This document shows positions 12,921 through 26,923 of a DNA stretch of 64,000 nt, piece by piece; the first letter of the stretch is position 1, and each line of letters begins with the position of its first letter. Both the position numbers and the translations under genes were made by a program. The stretch spans positions 60,450,001 to 60,514,000 of the forward strand of contig OX597833.1 in assembly GCA_951406725.2 (NCBI GenBank). The letters run 5' to 3'. This DNA is from Octopus vulgaris. Its lineage: Eukaryota. The notes under the pieces were generated by a model. It had not been told where the DNA came from. It worked only from the letters and a program-made list of their open reading frames with translations, and ran no database searches.

Positions 12921-13298
12921 TTGTACCGAGACAAAAATTAGACGACTTCCTATTACCCATCCCTCCATCATTATCCTAATCATGGCACTATTCAGCTGCT
13001 GTAATTTCATAAGAACAGGACTACATATTTCACCTCCCTTACTTGCTACCAGTTAACAATCTCCTTGAAACCACTTCCCCATGTCACCCATCCTCCATAT
13101 CCCATCCCACTGGTCACCTGTTCTATGCCACCAGTCAACTCTTCTTGTCCACATTGCATAATTGCCATATCTCATTAACACTGTGAATATTGGAAACATG
13201 TCATTGATAGGTTATCATTGGCGCATACTTTTTATATGTATTTGCATGAGATTAGGAGTGTTTCATGTGGTTCTGTTTCATATGGCTGTCAGAAATAT

Positions 13299-13599
13299 CA
13301 GGTGATCATGTGACCGACCAGACCATCAGATGTTGTTACACATCGCTGGTCACAATGCGTTTGCATTGTTTTCGCCTTCGAATGACACCACCCCGCTGGC
13401 TAAGCGAGCTGGCCAACTAAAGAGTGGGAGAAAGAGTGGTGAAAGAGTACAGCAGGGATCACCACCCCCTGCCGGAGCCTCGTGGAACTTTTAGGTGTTT
13501 TCGCTCAATAAACACTCACAACGCCCGGTCTGGGAATCGAAACCGCAATCCTGCGACCGCGAGTCCGCTGCCCTAACCACTAGGCCATTGCGCCTCCAC
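13299..13599 (-). mobile_element. tRNA-derived SINE family E
   Basis: Head gtggaggcgcaatggcctagtggttagggc...ggtttcgattccc. 11-bp TSD GTCAGAAATAT at 13288-13298 and 13600-13610. Confidence 0.88.
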
Positions 13600-13639
13600 G
13601 TCAGAAATATACTACACATTTATATCAAAATAAAAATTC

Positions 13640-13985
13640 AAATGGAAATTGTAATTAAGACACCTGTGCCGGTGACACGTCCAAAGCACCGTCCGAACAT
13701 GGCAGATACTAGCGTCGCCTGACTAGCGTCCATGTCGGTGACACGTAAAAGCACCAACCGATCGTGGCCGTTTGTCAGCCTGCTCTGGCTCCTGTGCCGG
13801 TGGCACGTAAAAAACACCCACTACACTCACAGAGTGGTTGGCGTTAGGAAGGGCATCCAGCTGTAGAAAACACTGCCAGATCAGACTAGAGCCTGGTGCA
13901 GCCTCCATGGCTTACCAGACCCCGGTCGAACTGTCCAATCTGTGCTAGCATGGAAAACGGATGTTAAATGATGATGATGATGACG
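13640..13985 (+). mobile_element. RTE 3' UTR fragment (family C) with internal tandem units
   Basis: Three gccggtgRcacgtaaaagcacc units and a (GAT)n tail. Confidence 0.8.
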
Positions 13986-14383
13986 ACTATCCACAGAATG
14001 GTAAAATAGAGGTAAGTGAAGATGGTGGCAGAGTAGAAGTAGATGATGGTGGTATGGACAGGTGATAGAAGTTGATATTGACTAAAGTAGTGGTTAGATG
14101 ATGGTGGTGGATGGTAGCTGGAGTAGGGTTAGGTGATAGTAGTGTTAAGAATGTGATGGTACAAAATAGAGGTAAGTAATGGTTGTAGTACAGACGTGAT
14201 GGTGATGGAATGGAAGCTAGAGTAGAGGCAGATAGGTAATAGTGGTACAACATATGATGGTGATGGATGGTAGCTAGAAGAGATATAGGTAGGAAGTTAT
14301 TTTGTTGCTGTTGTTGTTGGTGGTGGTGGTGGTATGAAAATTGACATTTTAAACACTAAATTTTGTCCATTGTTGTACCTCCA

Positions 14384-14753
14384 TCTCTCTATATATAAAG
14401 CTGAAGTTGTTTGTGTATGGCAGGTTTGGTAGCCTTCAACTAATGCTATTTCCTCCGAGACCCTGCGATGCAAGTTGACCAAAATTGAGAGTAAAATAGA
14501 AGGCTTGCTCTTCCTTCCGTAGAAGAAAAATTTCAAATCAGACCATGTTAACACCAAAAATTATTTACATCAAAAAGGTGCTTTTTTTCTATGAAAATCC
14601 CTATTTCTTACTACTGTGTCGCCATTTTTCGGTGTATTTCAACCAGAAAAATGTTCACTTAAAGAGAATAACAAGCTACATAATGCAACTTTTCAAAAAT
14701 TCCAATTCTAAAGGGTCGAAACAAACCCGAGCAACGCCAGGCGATACTGCTAG
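14384..14753 (+). mobile_element. Non-autonomous Helitron
   Basis: A|TCTCTCTATATATAAA 5' end; subterminal hairpin cccgagcaacgccagg; 3' CTAG|T; no TSD. Confidence 0.8.
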
Positions 14754-15616
14754 TTTAATAATAAACCTAACAGAGTGAAACACTGTTGGTGTGCAGAGCA
14801 TGGTACCTAACCAGAGTGAAACGCAGTATATCTAGGGTATCGTGTGGAAGCGAGGTAGTATAGTGGAGTGGGTCGGTGGGTGGGGAGATATAGTGGGCGG
14901 CAGGGTAGGGTGGAGTGGTGGGTGGTAAAGTGGGGTGGAGTGGGCATGCTGCATGATGTTGCAGTCCAAACAGTAGTAGCAGCAGCAGCAGCAGTGGTGG
15001 TGGTGGTGATGGGTGAGTGAGTGGACTCGATATACAATAGACTTAATTGAAGTTTAAATCTCGCCCATTGTAACCCAAGTAATAACTCTAATGAAACACT
15101 CGTTAGCTTAATGACTATAATAATCAAATTCTACAACTTAATGGAATACAACAGAATCTACCATTTACTCAGAGAAGTCAGTCTCGAAGGCGAATTAACT
15201 ACCATCATCATCATCATCAGCATATGAACATCAGTTTATTAATGCCGGCAAAACCAGAAAGTTGCAGTGTTGTTTGTGATATTTAACCTCGATACAGTAA
15301 AACATATGATCAAGACATTCCAAACATGACCATCCTATATTTTTGTAGACAGTATGAAACCAGAACTTATCCAAATGTCCCTTGCTTCTTTAGGCTGCTA
15401 TTTCTAGTAGATCAAGTGACAATGTAGAGGATCCTTTGTTGATTACTATGGTTAATATTTCTACAAAAAAGATGAAGTGAAATAATTACAACCAGGATCT
15501 GACTTCATTGTGTGAAATTGCAGCTGGATGAGATCAGCAATGGCTTGTTAATATAGGACAAGGGTCCTCTGCATAGCCTAGTACTGGCCATACTGAAAGA
15601 ATAATTTTTTTAATTT

Positions 15617-15950
15617 GATGTGGCCGATACCAGCGCCGCCTCGACTGGCTTCCGTGCCGGTGGCACGTAAAAAGCACCATCCGAACGTGGCCGATGCCAG
15701 TGCCGCCTTGACTGGCTTCCGTGCCAGTGGCACGTTAAAAGCACCATCCGATCGGGGCCGCTGCCAGACTCCCCTGGCACGTAAAAAGCACCCACTACAC
15801 TCTCGGAGTGGTTGGCGTTAGGAAAGGCATCCAGCTGTAGAAACTCAGATCAGACTGGAGCCTGGTGCAGCCTCCTGGCTTCCCAGACCCCGGTCGAACC
15901 GTCCAACCCATGCTAGCGCGGAAAACAGACGTTAAACGATGATGATGATG
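15617..15950 (+). mobile_element. RTE 3' UTR fragment (family C)
   Basis: Tandem ~67-bp units followed by the family C tail. Confidence 0.8.
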
Positions 15951-15990
15951 AATCAGTCTGTAAGGTGTTTTTTGCATTACATATATACTA

Positions 15991-16295
15991 TGGCACTCCG
16001 GCAGTTACGATGACAAGGGATCCAGCTGATCTGCTCGTAAAATTAACATGCAAGTGGCTGGGCACTCCACAGACATGCATACCCTTAACATAGTTCTCAG
16101 GGAAATTCAGCATGACACAGAATGTGACAAGGCTGGCCCTTTAAGTTAAAGGTACAACTCATTCTGGTCAGCTGAGTGGATTGGAGCAATAAAATAAGTG
16201 TCTTGCTGAAGGACGCAACGCACTGCCGAGAATTGAACTCATGACCTTACAATCATAAGCCAAAATACCCTAACCACTAATCCACGTGCCTTCAC
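15991..16295 (-). mobile_element. tRNA-derived SINE (family D-like head)
   Basis: gtgaaggcacgtggattagtggttaggg...gagttcaattctc...cagcaagacactt; imperfect TSD tacatatRtaYta. Confidence 0.7.
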
Positions 16296-17904
16296 TACAT
16301 ATGTATTATATATGTCATAATTAAATTATATCAAATGGATGTCTTAGAAAACTATTCTGCACATACAATAACAGCCACACTAACTGCCCCACAGATATCA
16401 CTATGGTTCTGCCAGCTCATTGCCTTAATTCTTTCTAATATAGGTACAAGGCCTGAAATTTGGCCTAATATAGGTTCAAAGCCTGAAAAGGGGTGGTGGT
16501 GATCGATTACTCTGATCCCTTTGCTTTACTTTAATAGTAATAATTTCTTACATATGCTCAGGCCATACATTCTTCAAGGTGGTATAATTCATGAAACTGA
16601 CTTAACACGTGACTGGTACCTACTATGGATTGATGAAAGGTAGAGTTATTTTCTGAATAATCATAATAAAATAAAAACACTATATGACATAAGAGGAAGT
16701 GGTAAAGCCTGATCTCAATGCTGGGCACCAGAGATGAGATTAGTGCAAGTGGAAGGGACGGCTTTGTGTGAACTTACAGCAGGTTGAGATCATCAATAGT
16801 TTAATATAGGATGAGGGTTTCCTACGTGGCCTGGTACTGGTCCATGGACCAGTACCAGGCTACACAGAAAGAATAATTTTTTTAAAATTCCATTTCTATT
16901 TTATTGATCAAATCAGTCAATAGGGTAATTAAGTTTGCTTTGCAACCATATGGCCCAAAATTCAATCTCACGAGGCAGTAGCATGGACAAGTGTTTTACT
17001 ATGTTAGCTTCAGACTGAGCGACATTTGATAGATGCCAACTGTACAGAAGTTTGTTATATAATTATATGAAGGATAGTGAGACATACACACGGCTTTGCC
17101 TTCTTCTCATCATACTCTTGATCCCATTGCCCTTCCACCAATTCTGGTCCTTCTGATGTCACCGTTTGCTTGCTCTCTCTTCCATATTCCTCTTCCTTGG
17201 TCATCTGAGTCAATGTACATGGCTGAGATCATGGAGAACTCTCTACACCTACGCCCCTACCTCTTAAATATCCATTTCTTCATCTTCTGTTGTCATGTTT
17301 CTTCTTTTTTTCTCACTTCCCCCCTCCTACATGCTTTACATATCTTGAGAATTATCTACATTTACATACTGTGTGCGAAGTCCCCTCCCCATCCACTATT
17401 CACACTGTAAACATGTTGACATTAGAAAGAGCACCTAGACATAGAAACCAACCCAAATGACACATGCAAAAAGTCTGTAGGAGCAGTGGCTCCCAATGAG
17501 ACGAAACTTAGACTGTGATGACTCCTCAAACTCATGCCAGCATGGGAAGTAGCCGTAAAATGTTACAAACATTTTAATATTTTTTGCCACTACAAGGCCA
17601 AGTCATTGTGGCAGTGTGATGGCTTGTGGGCTTCAATGACCATGAAAACTATACAAGTGGAGTCAAGATCCTGGTAGGGTCTCTCACGCTGGATTGGTCA
17701 AAGGATAGAGTACGACCTCTTTCCTAGATGAAAATGAGTTTCTACAGGGCTAATACCCTTCTCTAGAAAAAGAGCAATATTATACAAGCATTAACGACAA
17801 TTCAAAGAACAGCCCAGAGTTGAAAACAGTGGAGAAAAGTCATCGATGGTCTAAGGTAAATCAGTTATAACTCTTGCTATGTATATCTTCTTCTTCATAC
17901 AGCA

Positions 17905-18235
17905 TTCACCCGGGGTGGGTTGAGCTGGCTTCATTTATCCACAATGCTGCATCTCTCACAAACGCCGACCAGGCCTGGCAATTTAAGGCTAACGACCGCG
18001 TGATCTCCAACCACTCCTTATTCCAGCAGCAAGCGTCGTAGATATGGGGGCCTAGGTTGGGTTCCAGATCAGCCTTGACCGTCATCAGGCCAGGTTCTTC
18101 TTTGTCCACCACATCGCTTTCGCCAACCCTGAAGGGGAGCTGGGGCAATTGCTTCGTAAATGAATTCTCCTGGCTGACGACGGAGGGCATGACCCAGCCA
18201 ACGCAGACGTCTTGTTAGGATGCTACGTACATCAG
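17905..18235 (-). mobile_element. RTE-clade LINE ORF C-terminal fragment
   Basis: TVKADLEPNLGPHIY...WNKEWLEITRSLALNCQAWSAFVRD...ASSTHPG*, a typical RTE C-terminus. RRLRWLGH-like remnant upstream. Confidence 0.7.
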
Positions 18236-18894
18236 TGGAAAACAAGGGCTATTTGAAGGAAATACTTTGCAAGGAGAAGGTCCTCTAACCAATTCCTAGA
18301 TGGTCTCTTGTCTGCTATCAGAAATGCCGTGGACCAGTGATTGGTCAACTAGAAATCTTTAACCAATGCCACCGTCTTTTACAATGTATAAAGAATCGGT
18401 GTTGTACCATTCTATAGGCCTGTTCAAATCATGCACAGAAAAAAAGAGGAGATGATGATGATGATGATGAACCCTTCTTGCTTCAAAGCTCTGAATAACA
18501 GGTGTGTGTGTGTGTGTGTGTGTGTGAGCTATGGCAGTGTAACCACAGCAAGATATGTACCACTGCAATAGAAATACACACAAAGAAATGTGAGAAGGAA
18601 GCTATAAATAGCAGCAACAGAACAACTTAGCACTAATTAGCAGCACTCCTCCACCTCCTCCTCCTCCTCTTCTTCCTACAGCGTAATACCAAAACCCTGA
18701 AACAGGACGAAATGTGGAACTTTCTCAGCCCCTCAGCCAACCAATTCTCGAAATATATTTCAAACAGGAATTACTGATAATTAGCTTAATGGCTGTATCA
18801 AGGTCTTAATTTGCTTAGCTAGTGAAGGAATATTCAATTATAACAGCCAATGGCAAAAAGAAAAGTCCACAAAAAAAAACAAAAAAAAAACAGC

Positions 18895-18929
<35 letters not shown>

Positions 18930-19728
18930 TTGTAATGAGCAATTTCTAGTTCTCTACCAATGATATAAGGCCAACTGTGTGAGAAACGGTCGCCTAATGA
19001 GATATAAAGGAATTGTTTTAGATGCAAAGAGGAACCAAGTGTGGGGTTTAGAAGTTAACTCAATTTCAACTGCAGCCCTGTAGTACTACAACAACCACAA
19101 CAGAGGTGGTATTGCAGGGAGTTCATTATTCATGCATGCTTAATAATGAGGAAAGAGGGACACCCAGAGTTGCCTTCTGCATGAAGGCTACATAGTTAAG
19201 TATGGGTCTTGTTTTTTGGGGGGTATTTTTTTTTTTTGGTTTTCTTTTTCCCTTAGTACAGTTCTTTGAGAAAATATTTCACCAGCTTAAATCACTCCAT
19301 GGACAGTAGCAGGAATAAAATTGGAGAACGATGCTGCTGATATTGGTTAATTTACACAACGCACAGATGTTTTGTAACAAGTTGCTAATGCTGATATAAC
19401 CATTATAGTCATGATGATGATGATGATGAAGGTGGTGGTGGTGGTGGTGGTGATTAGAAATGACATTAGATTCTATGGTGGAACAGCCATAGTCATGCAA
19501 TGTGCTATATCACAAACAGGAGGTTTATCTCCATCCACTAGCCTGCTATCTCATTCTAGTACAGATACAAATTCTGTAGCTATCAGGTTAAAACTACTGA
19601 ATAACAAACAGTAAGATCACAAGTTCATGTCCTGTTATAGTCATTATCTTCACTTCCTTCTAGTTACTCTCTAATTACAACACAGTGTCAATATGGATCT
19701 CATTAATTTAGAATTCAATGATTTAGGC

Positions 19729-19879
19729 CAGTCATGGGCAAATTGCAGCCCATCAGGTTTTCTAAATGGCATGACTAACAAAAAGTCACTTTGAATTCTT
19801 TTTTTTTAGTAGTGCAGCCCATCTGGTGATGATCTAGGTCTCATGTGGCCCACTTCTCAGAAAGGATTGCCCATGCCTA
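19729..19879. mobile_element. Degenerate hAT MITE
   Basis: TIR cagtcatgggcaa / ttgcccatgccta; imperfect 8-bp TSD atttaggc / gtttagac. Confidence 0.65.
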
Positions 19880-20864
19880 GTTTAGACCAATAATTTGGAT
19901 GTGAAAGTAATTAATGTTTAAATCTCCAGCACTGGTGCCACCACTTCACAGCAAACATCCTTTACATTTGACAGCTGTGGATGGTGTAAAAGATGGTGCT
20001 TCAATGTTAAGTTTAATTTTATGTCGGTCAGTGAATTGTAGAGGAAACAAGGGATGAAATATTTCACCTAGAGGTCAATGCTGCTATTTTTAGTTATAAT
20101 TAAATATTAAACCCTAAATATGACTCGACAAAACAGCAGCAGGTCATTACCAAGCCCAGGTCATTGCCAAGAACAGCACCCCATGTGCCCAGCATTTTAA
20201 GTCTGTTCCAAGACCCTGATGAATCCTAAATCACACTGTTTACTCTGTAGGATACAACAGGACACGCAGGCTATGGTTGTAACAGTTTTTTTTTCCACCC
20301 AGTTTTAGGGTTAAAGGACTGGTGGTTGGTACAAAGTTGATACAGTTCCTGCGTAAGAGTCTTAAGAACTCTGCAACAGAATTTGTACCAGCTGTAGTTA
20401 CTGATAGTGCCAAGTTGGTACAGGTCAGTGCTAGTCCAGCTAACACAACATCTGGTATCTGTAACAGTCTAAAATTAGAATAACAGTTCACCAAAGCCCA
20501 TCCCCATTACTACGACTGCAATCATTTGGAATGTTCAATCATTCGAAGCTGGCCTGGCGCCAAGTTTGATCCAGAATGTAGCAGCACTGTCCCCCCTTTT
20601 TGGTAGATATTTTCCAAACTGTGGTGCCAATAATTTCTAGGCATATTGTAAAATTAAGTGAAAATAGATAAACTTTAATGAATATTTAAATATAAAGTAT
20701 ATCAAAGCATTGTTGACTTTGCAGTTAGTTTCTATATAAATTTGGCTTTATATATTTGGTTTCATAAATTAAGCTTAAAGAGCCACAAAGAATTTTGTTT
20801 TTAAAATATTTGTCACCGTCCTGAAGAGTTGGGAAAGCTCTGCTTTAAGTTAAAGTAATAATAT

Positions 20865-21345
20865 GGGAGCAGACATGACTGTGTGGTTAAGAAATTTACT
20901 TCTCAACCAGATGGCCTGAAGTTCAATCCCACCGTGAGGCATCTTGGACAAGCATCTATTATAGCCCTGGGCTAACCAAATCCTTGAGGGTGGATTTGAT
21001 GAACAGAAACTGAAAGAAGCCCATCATGTATGTATGTATGTATGTATGTATGTGTGTGTGTGTGTGTGTGTATTTGTATCTATTTGATGTTGTGTAACAG
21101 TTATCAACAAATGTCATCACCACCCAAATGGTGGCATTCATTTGCAATCTTCCATGAAAACATGTCTGGCCCATTGTGTTTCACATGCTTGAAGGATTAG
21201 GGAAAATATTACTTTGCTCTGAAACAAATGAGGGTTGGCAACAAGAAGGGCATCCAACCACAGGATCTCTACCTTATCCAATTTTGTCTGACCCATTTAA
21301 GCATTGCTTCACAAATAAAGTGGATCACTGAAATGATGATGATGT
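20865..21345 (+). mobile_element. SINE family B2
   Basis: Same head and RTE-type tail as 80-565. Confidence 0.75.
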
Positions 21346-23894
21346 TAGTAGCAGCAGTTATTAACATCAGCAAGTGTAGGATTAATTGCAGTAACAATCC
21401 TTTTAATAATGTCCAAATATGATCAGCCATTTGCTATAGAAGGGTAAAGAAGGAATGTAAAATTGAGAGAAAAAGAAATGTATTTGATTACTGGCAATTC
21501 TGAAAGTTGACTCTTTAAAAATATAATATGAAGGGAATAGGATATAACACTCCAGGAATTGTGTCAATAATTTAAAGATCTTTCTGAAGGACATTTTGTA
21601 CTTAGAAAAAACATTACAAATTGATTGGCTTGGGCTCACAATGATCTCGCTAACACAGCTATCACTGATTAGTTTAAAGCCTCATTGACATCTCTGATTG
21701 GCTTTAAGGCTCACAATAACATCACTAACACTGCTATCACTGATTTGCTGAGATCAAAAAGTGATTAGAATCAAATATCTGATACCCTGTTAATGAAAAT
21801 GCAAAGCATCAGAAAACAAGAACAGTCAAAAGCAGCCATCTTAAAAGAGACACAGAAAATGGCTGTGAAAATTCCTGGAGTGTTATATCCTTACCAGGTT
21901 CAGAAGGCCGGCAAGGACCATGGGCTCTGTCTCTTCCTTCAGACTTAGTGAGTATGGAGCGAAAAAAAAATATCCTTTTTGAAATATTTGATAAAATATG
22001 ATATAGAGGAGCTTCAAGAGGCCTTGGTGGTTCATACACCAGGCTTCTCAAGAGGGTATGAAACATCTCATGGTGTGAGAACATACCTAAATAGAGACTT
22101 GTGGACACATTCCACCAATCTGTACTATTACTGCTCAACACAGCAAAGGCTTTGCTGACCACTGCTGTCAAACTGAACACCAAATGTTATATTTTGGAGA
22201 CTTCAGTACCCTGATAGTGGATAAAAACCACTCAACTACACTGATGTGAGTGGCAGAAACATACATGAAACTGAAGACCAACCAAAGCTATTGGAGAGGG
22301 ACACAGGCAGAGATTCCTGATGCAGCATTGTGAAATTCATCTCAATTGCAGTTGCTTGATGAAGAAGAAAATGTAAGATATGTTTTACAATAAGCCAAAT
22401 GCTTAAAGGATATGAACTCAACATCATCCTTCTTTTAACAACCACCTTTGGATGGAACTTTTAAAGGCAGTGTTTTCAGGCTGAATGCCTTTACTGGTGC
22501 CAATTCCTTTAGTCCCTTCTTACAACAAACAAAAACTAAGGAATACTTCTCTCTCCTTCCCCAAAACAGTATTCAATTTTTATGAAACCTTTTTTTTTTA
22601 AATAAAAGCGGGGTTTTGATTTATCACCAAAAGCTGCAATGGTAAAAGGGTAGGAACACTTGTTCTACATCATCCACTAATAAACTTCAGAGACCAAAGA
22701 AGGTTCAACTGCTCAACCACTCAGAAATGTGGAAACATATTTCTGTTGTGGACACACTATCCATATCAACAAGGCAACACATTTCCACGAATGCCAGCCT
22801 CTTATAGCAACACAATAAGAGGTAAGATGTTTTTACTGGAAACATAACAGGAATAATCCTGACTAGATGACCTGTCCACAATGTTGCCTATAGAGGACAT
22901 TGAACATCCAAGAAGATGGCATCATGTCTACAGAGATCTGTTCCTTTAAGTCAGCAGCTGGAAGGTCCTTGATAAGGCTACTCTGTTCAACATGAAAGAG
23001 ATTTTTATAGAGACAAACTACTGAAAACTATATAGTAAATAACATACTCTCTGATGATGATTCACAGACAAGTGACCACATCAACTATGGACTGTCTCAA
23101 TAAACACACACAACCACTACCAAACTCATACACAAAACTCTATAGAGGTATGAAAGACAAACTCAGTTCTGAGAAATTTTAATCCACTTGGTAGAGGGAT
23201 GCACCTGAATACCATAGTACACTCCATCCAGCCCTCAACCAATTACTGGCCCCTACACAAACCTCATTCAATCCAGCCCTTAACATCACTGACCTGTTGA
23301 CGTTCAATCCACCTCCAACTTCCACAGCCACCATGCCCCATTTTCTCTGACACAAAAAAAATAAATTTCAAAGAGTTTACCTCTTAATTAAGAATTCTGC
23401 GCTTCCATTTCTATAATTTGATACCCCTGCTGCCATTTTAACAGCTTTATGGATGGTAGGCAGGAGAGGACATTATGAAATTGACTGTTACCTCAGGTAA
23501 GAGACACAAGTGGGGGGTTATCAGAGTGACTTAACTCAGGTGGAGGGATGGGAGAGAATTAAGAGAGTGACTGTTTAAGTCAGGTAAGGAACAGGAAGAG
23601 GGTGACAGAGCTACTTAAGTCAGGTAGGAGATAGTAGAAGTGATTCACCAAGCTAACAGGATATGCATGTCTCTCTCACTTGCAGCAGAGACAAAAGCAG
23701 GAAGTGAAGTGTCCTATGAGAACAGGAATTGAAACTAGTTCTTTAGCAACACTGCTGGCTGCTCACCTATATTATCATCGCACCAATGACATAGTCAACA
23801 CGTCTCCTCTTCATACTCCTGATAAACTGAGTCATCAACTTTATGGAATACGAGAGACAATAGCAGTAGCAGAGTGGTTGGGAAGAAGTGATTG

Positions 23895-24212
23895 TAGTAG
23901 TAGTGGTTGTAGTAATAGTAGTGGCGGTAGTAATAGTAGCGGTGGTAGTAAGTAGTAGTGGCGGTAGTAATAGTAGTAGTGGCGGTAGTAATAGTAGTAG
24001 TGGCGGTAGTAGTAGTAGTGGCGGTAGTAGTAGTAGTGGCAATAGTAATAGTAGTGGCGATAGTAATAGTAGTGGCGATAGTAATAGTAGTGGCAGTAGT
24101 AATAGTAGTGGCGGTAGTAATAGTAGTAGTGGCGGTAGTAGTAGTGGCGATAGTAGTAGTGGCGGTAGTAGTAGTAGTAGTGGCGGTAGTAATAGTAGTA
24201 GTGGCGGTAGTG
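23895..24212. repeat. (AGT)n-derived minisatellite, GGCGGTAGTAATAGTAGTAGT units
   Basis: About 17 units of 15-21 bp, directly visible. Confidence 0.95.
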
Positions 24213-24634
24213 TTCCAATACGAAAAAGATACTCCTGTTTTACAATAAACAAACAAGGTGCTTGTGTAGTGGTGATGGTGGTGGTTGTGGTTATAAACAG
24301 CAGTAGATCCTATGAGAGAATGATCTAACACAGCTGTCCAGTTATTAATACTGTCACAAATCTGTCCTCTTTAGTGTGTCCTGTGATGAGGACACAAATC
24401 TGTCCTCTTCACGGGTAAATAATATCCAAGATTATGCAAATCCCCAAAGATCCAGAGGAGCCCTTAAGTCTGTGCTGTTAACAAACAAATCCCTCCATTC
24501 AACCAGGACCAGACACCAATCTGATCCAGTGAACAGATAATAACCAAACCATTTAGATCTGAATTTCTTGTCCCCATAATGCAAAAGATTTGCCAAACCA
24601 GGAATGTAGCCTCTTCATGGTTGTTCCACCTTAA

Positions 24635-25146
24635 CCCTTTAGTGTTCAGATTACTCTGTTAACTGTAATACTTTCTCACTCAAATTGTTTTGGATTAATC
24701 CTGGATTATCTTACAGCTTTGAGGTTTCAATGATGATCATCATCATCGTTTAGCGTCCGTTTTCCATGCTAGCATGGGTTGGACGGTTCTACTGGGGTCT
24801 GTGAAGCCAGAAGACTTCATCAGGCCCAGTCAACTCTGGCAGTGTTTCTACGGCTGGATGCCCTTCCTAACGTCAACCACTCGGTGAGTGTAGTGGGTGC
24901 TTTTTACGTGCCACCCGCACAGGTGCCAGACAGAGCTGGCAAACGGCCACGAACGGATGGTGCTTTTTATGTGCCACCGGCACGAGGGCCAGGCGAGGCT
25001 GGCAACGGACACGAAAACGAATGATGTGATTGTTTATTTTTAGAATGGCATTGTAGGTTAGGTGTGAGAAGCTAGATATTGCCAGTTTGAATATAAAACA
25101 TGTAGAATATATTGGGCCGGATTTGGCCAGTTTAAACACTAAAGGG
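24635..25146. mobile_element. piggyBac-type MITE P1 interrupted by family C insertion (~24736-25019, minus strand)
   Basis: TTAA|CCCTTT...CTAAAGGG|TTAA. The insert is flanked by the aatgatg duplication. Confidence 0.85.
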
Positions 25147-25709
25147 TTAAAGATACACATACATGCTAAACCTTGATTTTTTATTATCCATAAGGACATA
25201 CATAGAATGGACGATACAATCACGGGTGATTTTACATATAAAGCGCAATTTGGGGTCGATAAAAATTTAACGTGATTTTATATAAAGACGAAAGAATAAA
25301 CAACACAATGGACATTTTTTAAACAAATGGAGTGGGGCGGGTTTACGGACCCCACGAACCCCGCCTCTCACTGACCTCGGTTTTTGGGCTTATCTCGCAT
25401 CCACGAGAGACCTTTTATACACGTCATTCTTCCATCTTTCATCAAACACTTTCTTACTCAGGCACCTCCTCTCCAACCCTATTTGTCTCTTTAGGTGGAA
25501 CATAGAAAATTCCACCAAACCAGGACCAGAAATGAAGTTGCCTGAGGAATAGCTTTCACCAAAGGTCTACTTACTGGATCAGGACTAACTTGGGGTTAAA
25601 CTACAACTGTATTTGAAGAATATTAAGCACACTGAATAGGGAGGAGACTGGGTAGAAGGGACACACACATACACACACACAAATATACATAAGTAAAAGT
25701 ATTTTTCAA

Positions 25710-26065
25710 GGCACAGGTGTGGTCAAGAAGTTTGCTTCCTAACCATGTGATCTTGGGTTCAATCCCACTTTGTGACCTTAAGCAAGCGTCTTCTATATCC
25801 CCAGACCAATCAAAGCCTTGTGAGTAGATATGGCAGAGAGAAACTGGAAGATGTCCTTCAGTGATGGTGATTGTAAATGAGCATCACTGTCATACAAGGA
25901 ATGTCATCCGTCTCCAGCTTCCGATGAAGAAAATGTCTGGCCTCGGAGAAATATTACCTTACTTGGAAACAGGTGAAGGATCACAACAGGAAGAGGTGTA
26001 GAAACTCTGCCTGCACAAATTCTGACTGATCAATGCAAGCATGGCAATGTGGACATTGTGTGATA
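25710..26065 (+). mobile_element. SINE family B2 (diverged)
   Basis: Head ggcacaggtgtggtcaagaagtttgc; tail catggcaatgtggacatt. Confidence 0.65.
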
Positions 26066-26074
26066 ATATATATT

Positions 26075-26656
26075 TACACACAAATATACATATATATATA
26101 TACATACATATATACACAAATATATACATACATATAGATACACAAATATATACATACATATACATACACACATATATGTATATATATATATATACATATA
26201 TACATACACATATACATATATACATACATATATATATATACACACATATACATACACATATACATATATACACACACACATATACATACATATATATATA
26301 TACACACATATACATACATATATATATACACACATATACATACATATATATATATATACACATATACATACATATATATATACACATATACATACATATA
26401 TATATACACATATACATACATATATATATATACACATATACATACATATATATATATATACACATATACATATATATACACATATACATACATATATATA
26501 TATACACATATACATACACATATACATACATATACACATATACATACATATATACACATATACATATATATGTATATATATATACACACATACATACACA
26601 TATATATATATATGTGTATATATATATATATACACACATATACATACATACATACA

Positions 26657-26706
<50 letters not shown>

Positions 26707-26727
26707 TACACACACACATACATATAT
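26075..26727. repeat. Compound (TA)/(CA) microsatellite, ~650 bp
   Basis: Directly visible; generates the 218-254 aa Y/I/H/T/V/C ORFs. Confidence 0.97.
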
Positions 26728-26923
26728 CATTTCAACATGTGAAGCTTAATCCCATCACATTTTTCTCTCTCCGTTTTCTCCCCTCTCATCACTTTCTGTC
26801 AAAGAGCATAGACTCAAAACGTCAAAGATTTCTCCATTCCTCCCACCCACCCCCGAGCATCACACTAATACACCTGCTTGTTGTTCTCTTACCTGTCCGT
26901 CTTTTGTTTCCTGTACATCTGAA

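Noticed and set aside
13530-13599. tRNA-like sequences (also at 31770, 34845, 50110, 61860)
   Set aside because: These are SINE heads: no acceptor stem closure, and they continue into repeat bodies, most bounded by TSDs.
22905-22960. WHHVYRD resembling an RNase H VYTDGS motif
   Set aside because: Too short and degraded to support a call.
23680-24331. Overlapping Ser/Gly-, Thr-, Leu- and Tyr-rich ORFs
   Set aside because: Products of an (AGT)n minisatellite; no splice signals or domain.
25959-26742. Longest ORFs in the track (218-254 aa)
   Set aside because: Translations of a TA/CA microsatellite, open on both strands.
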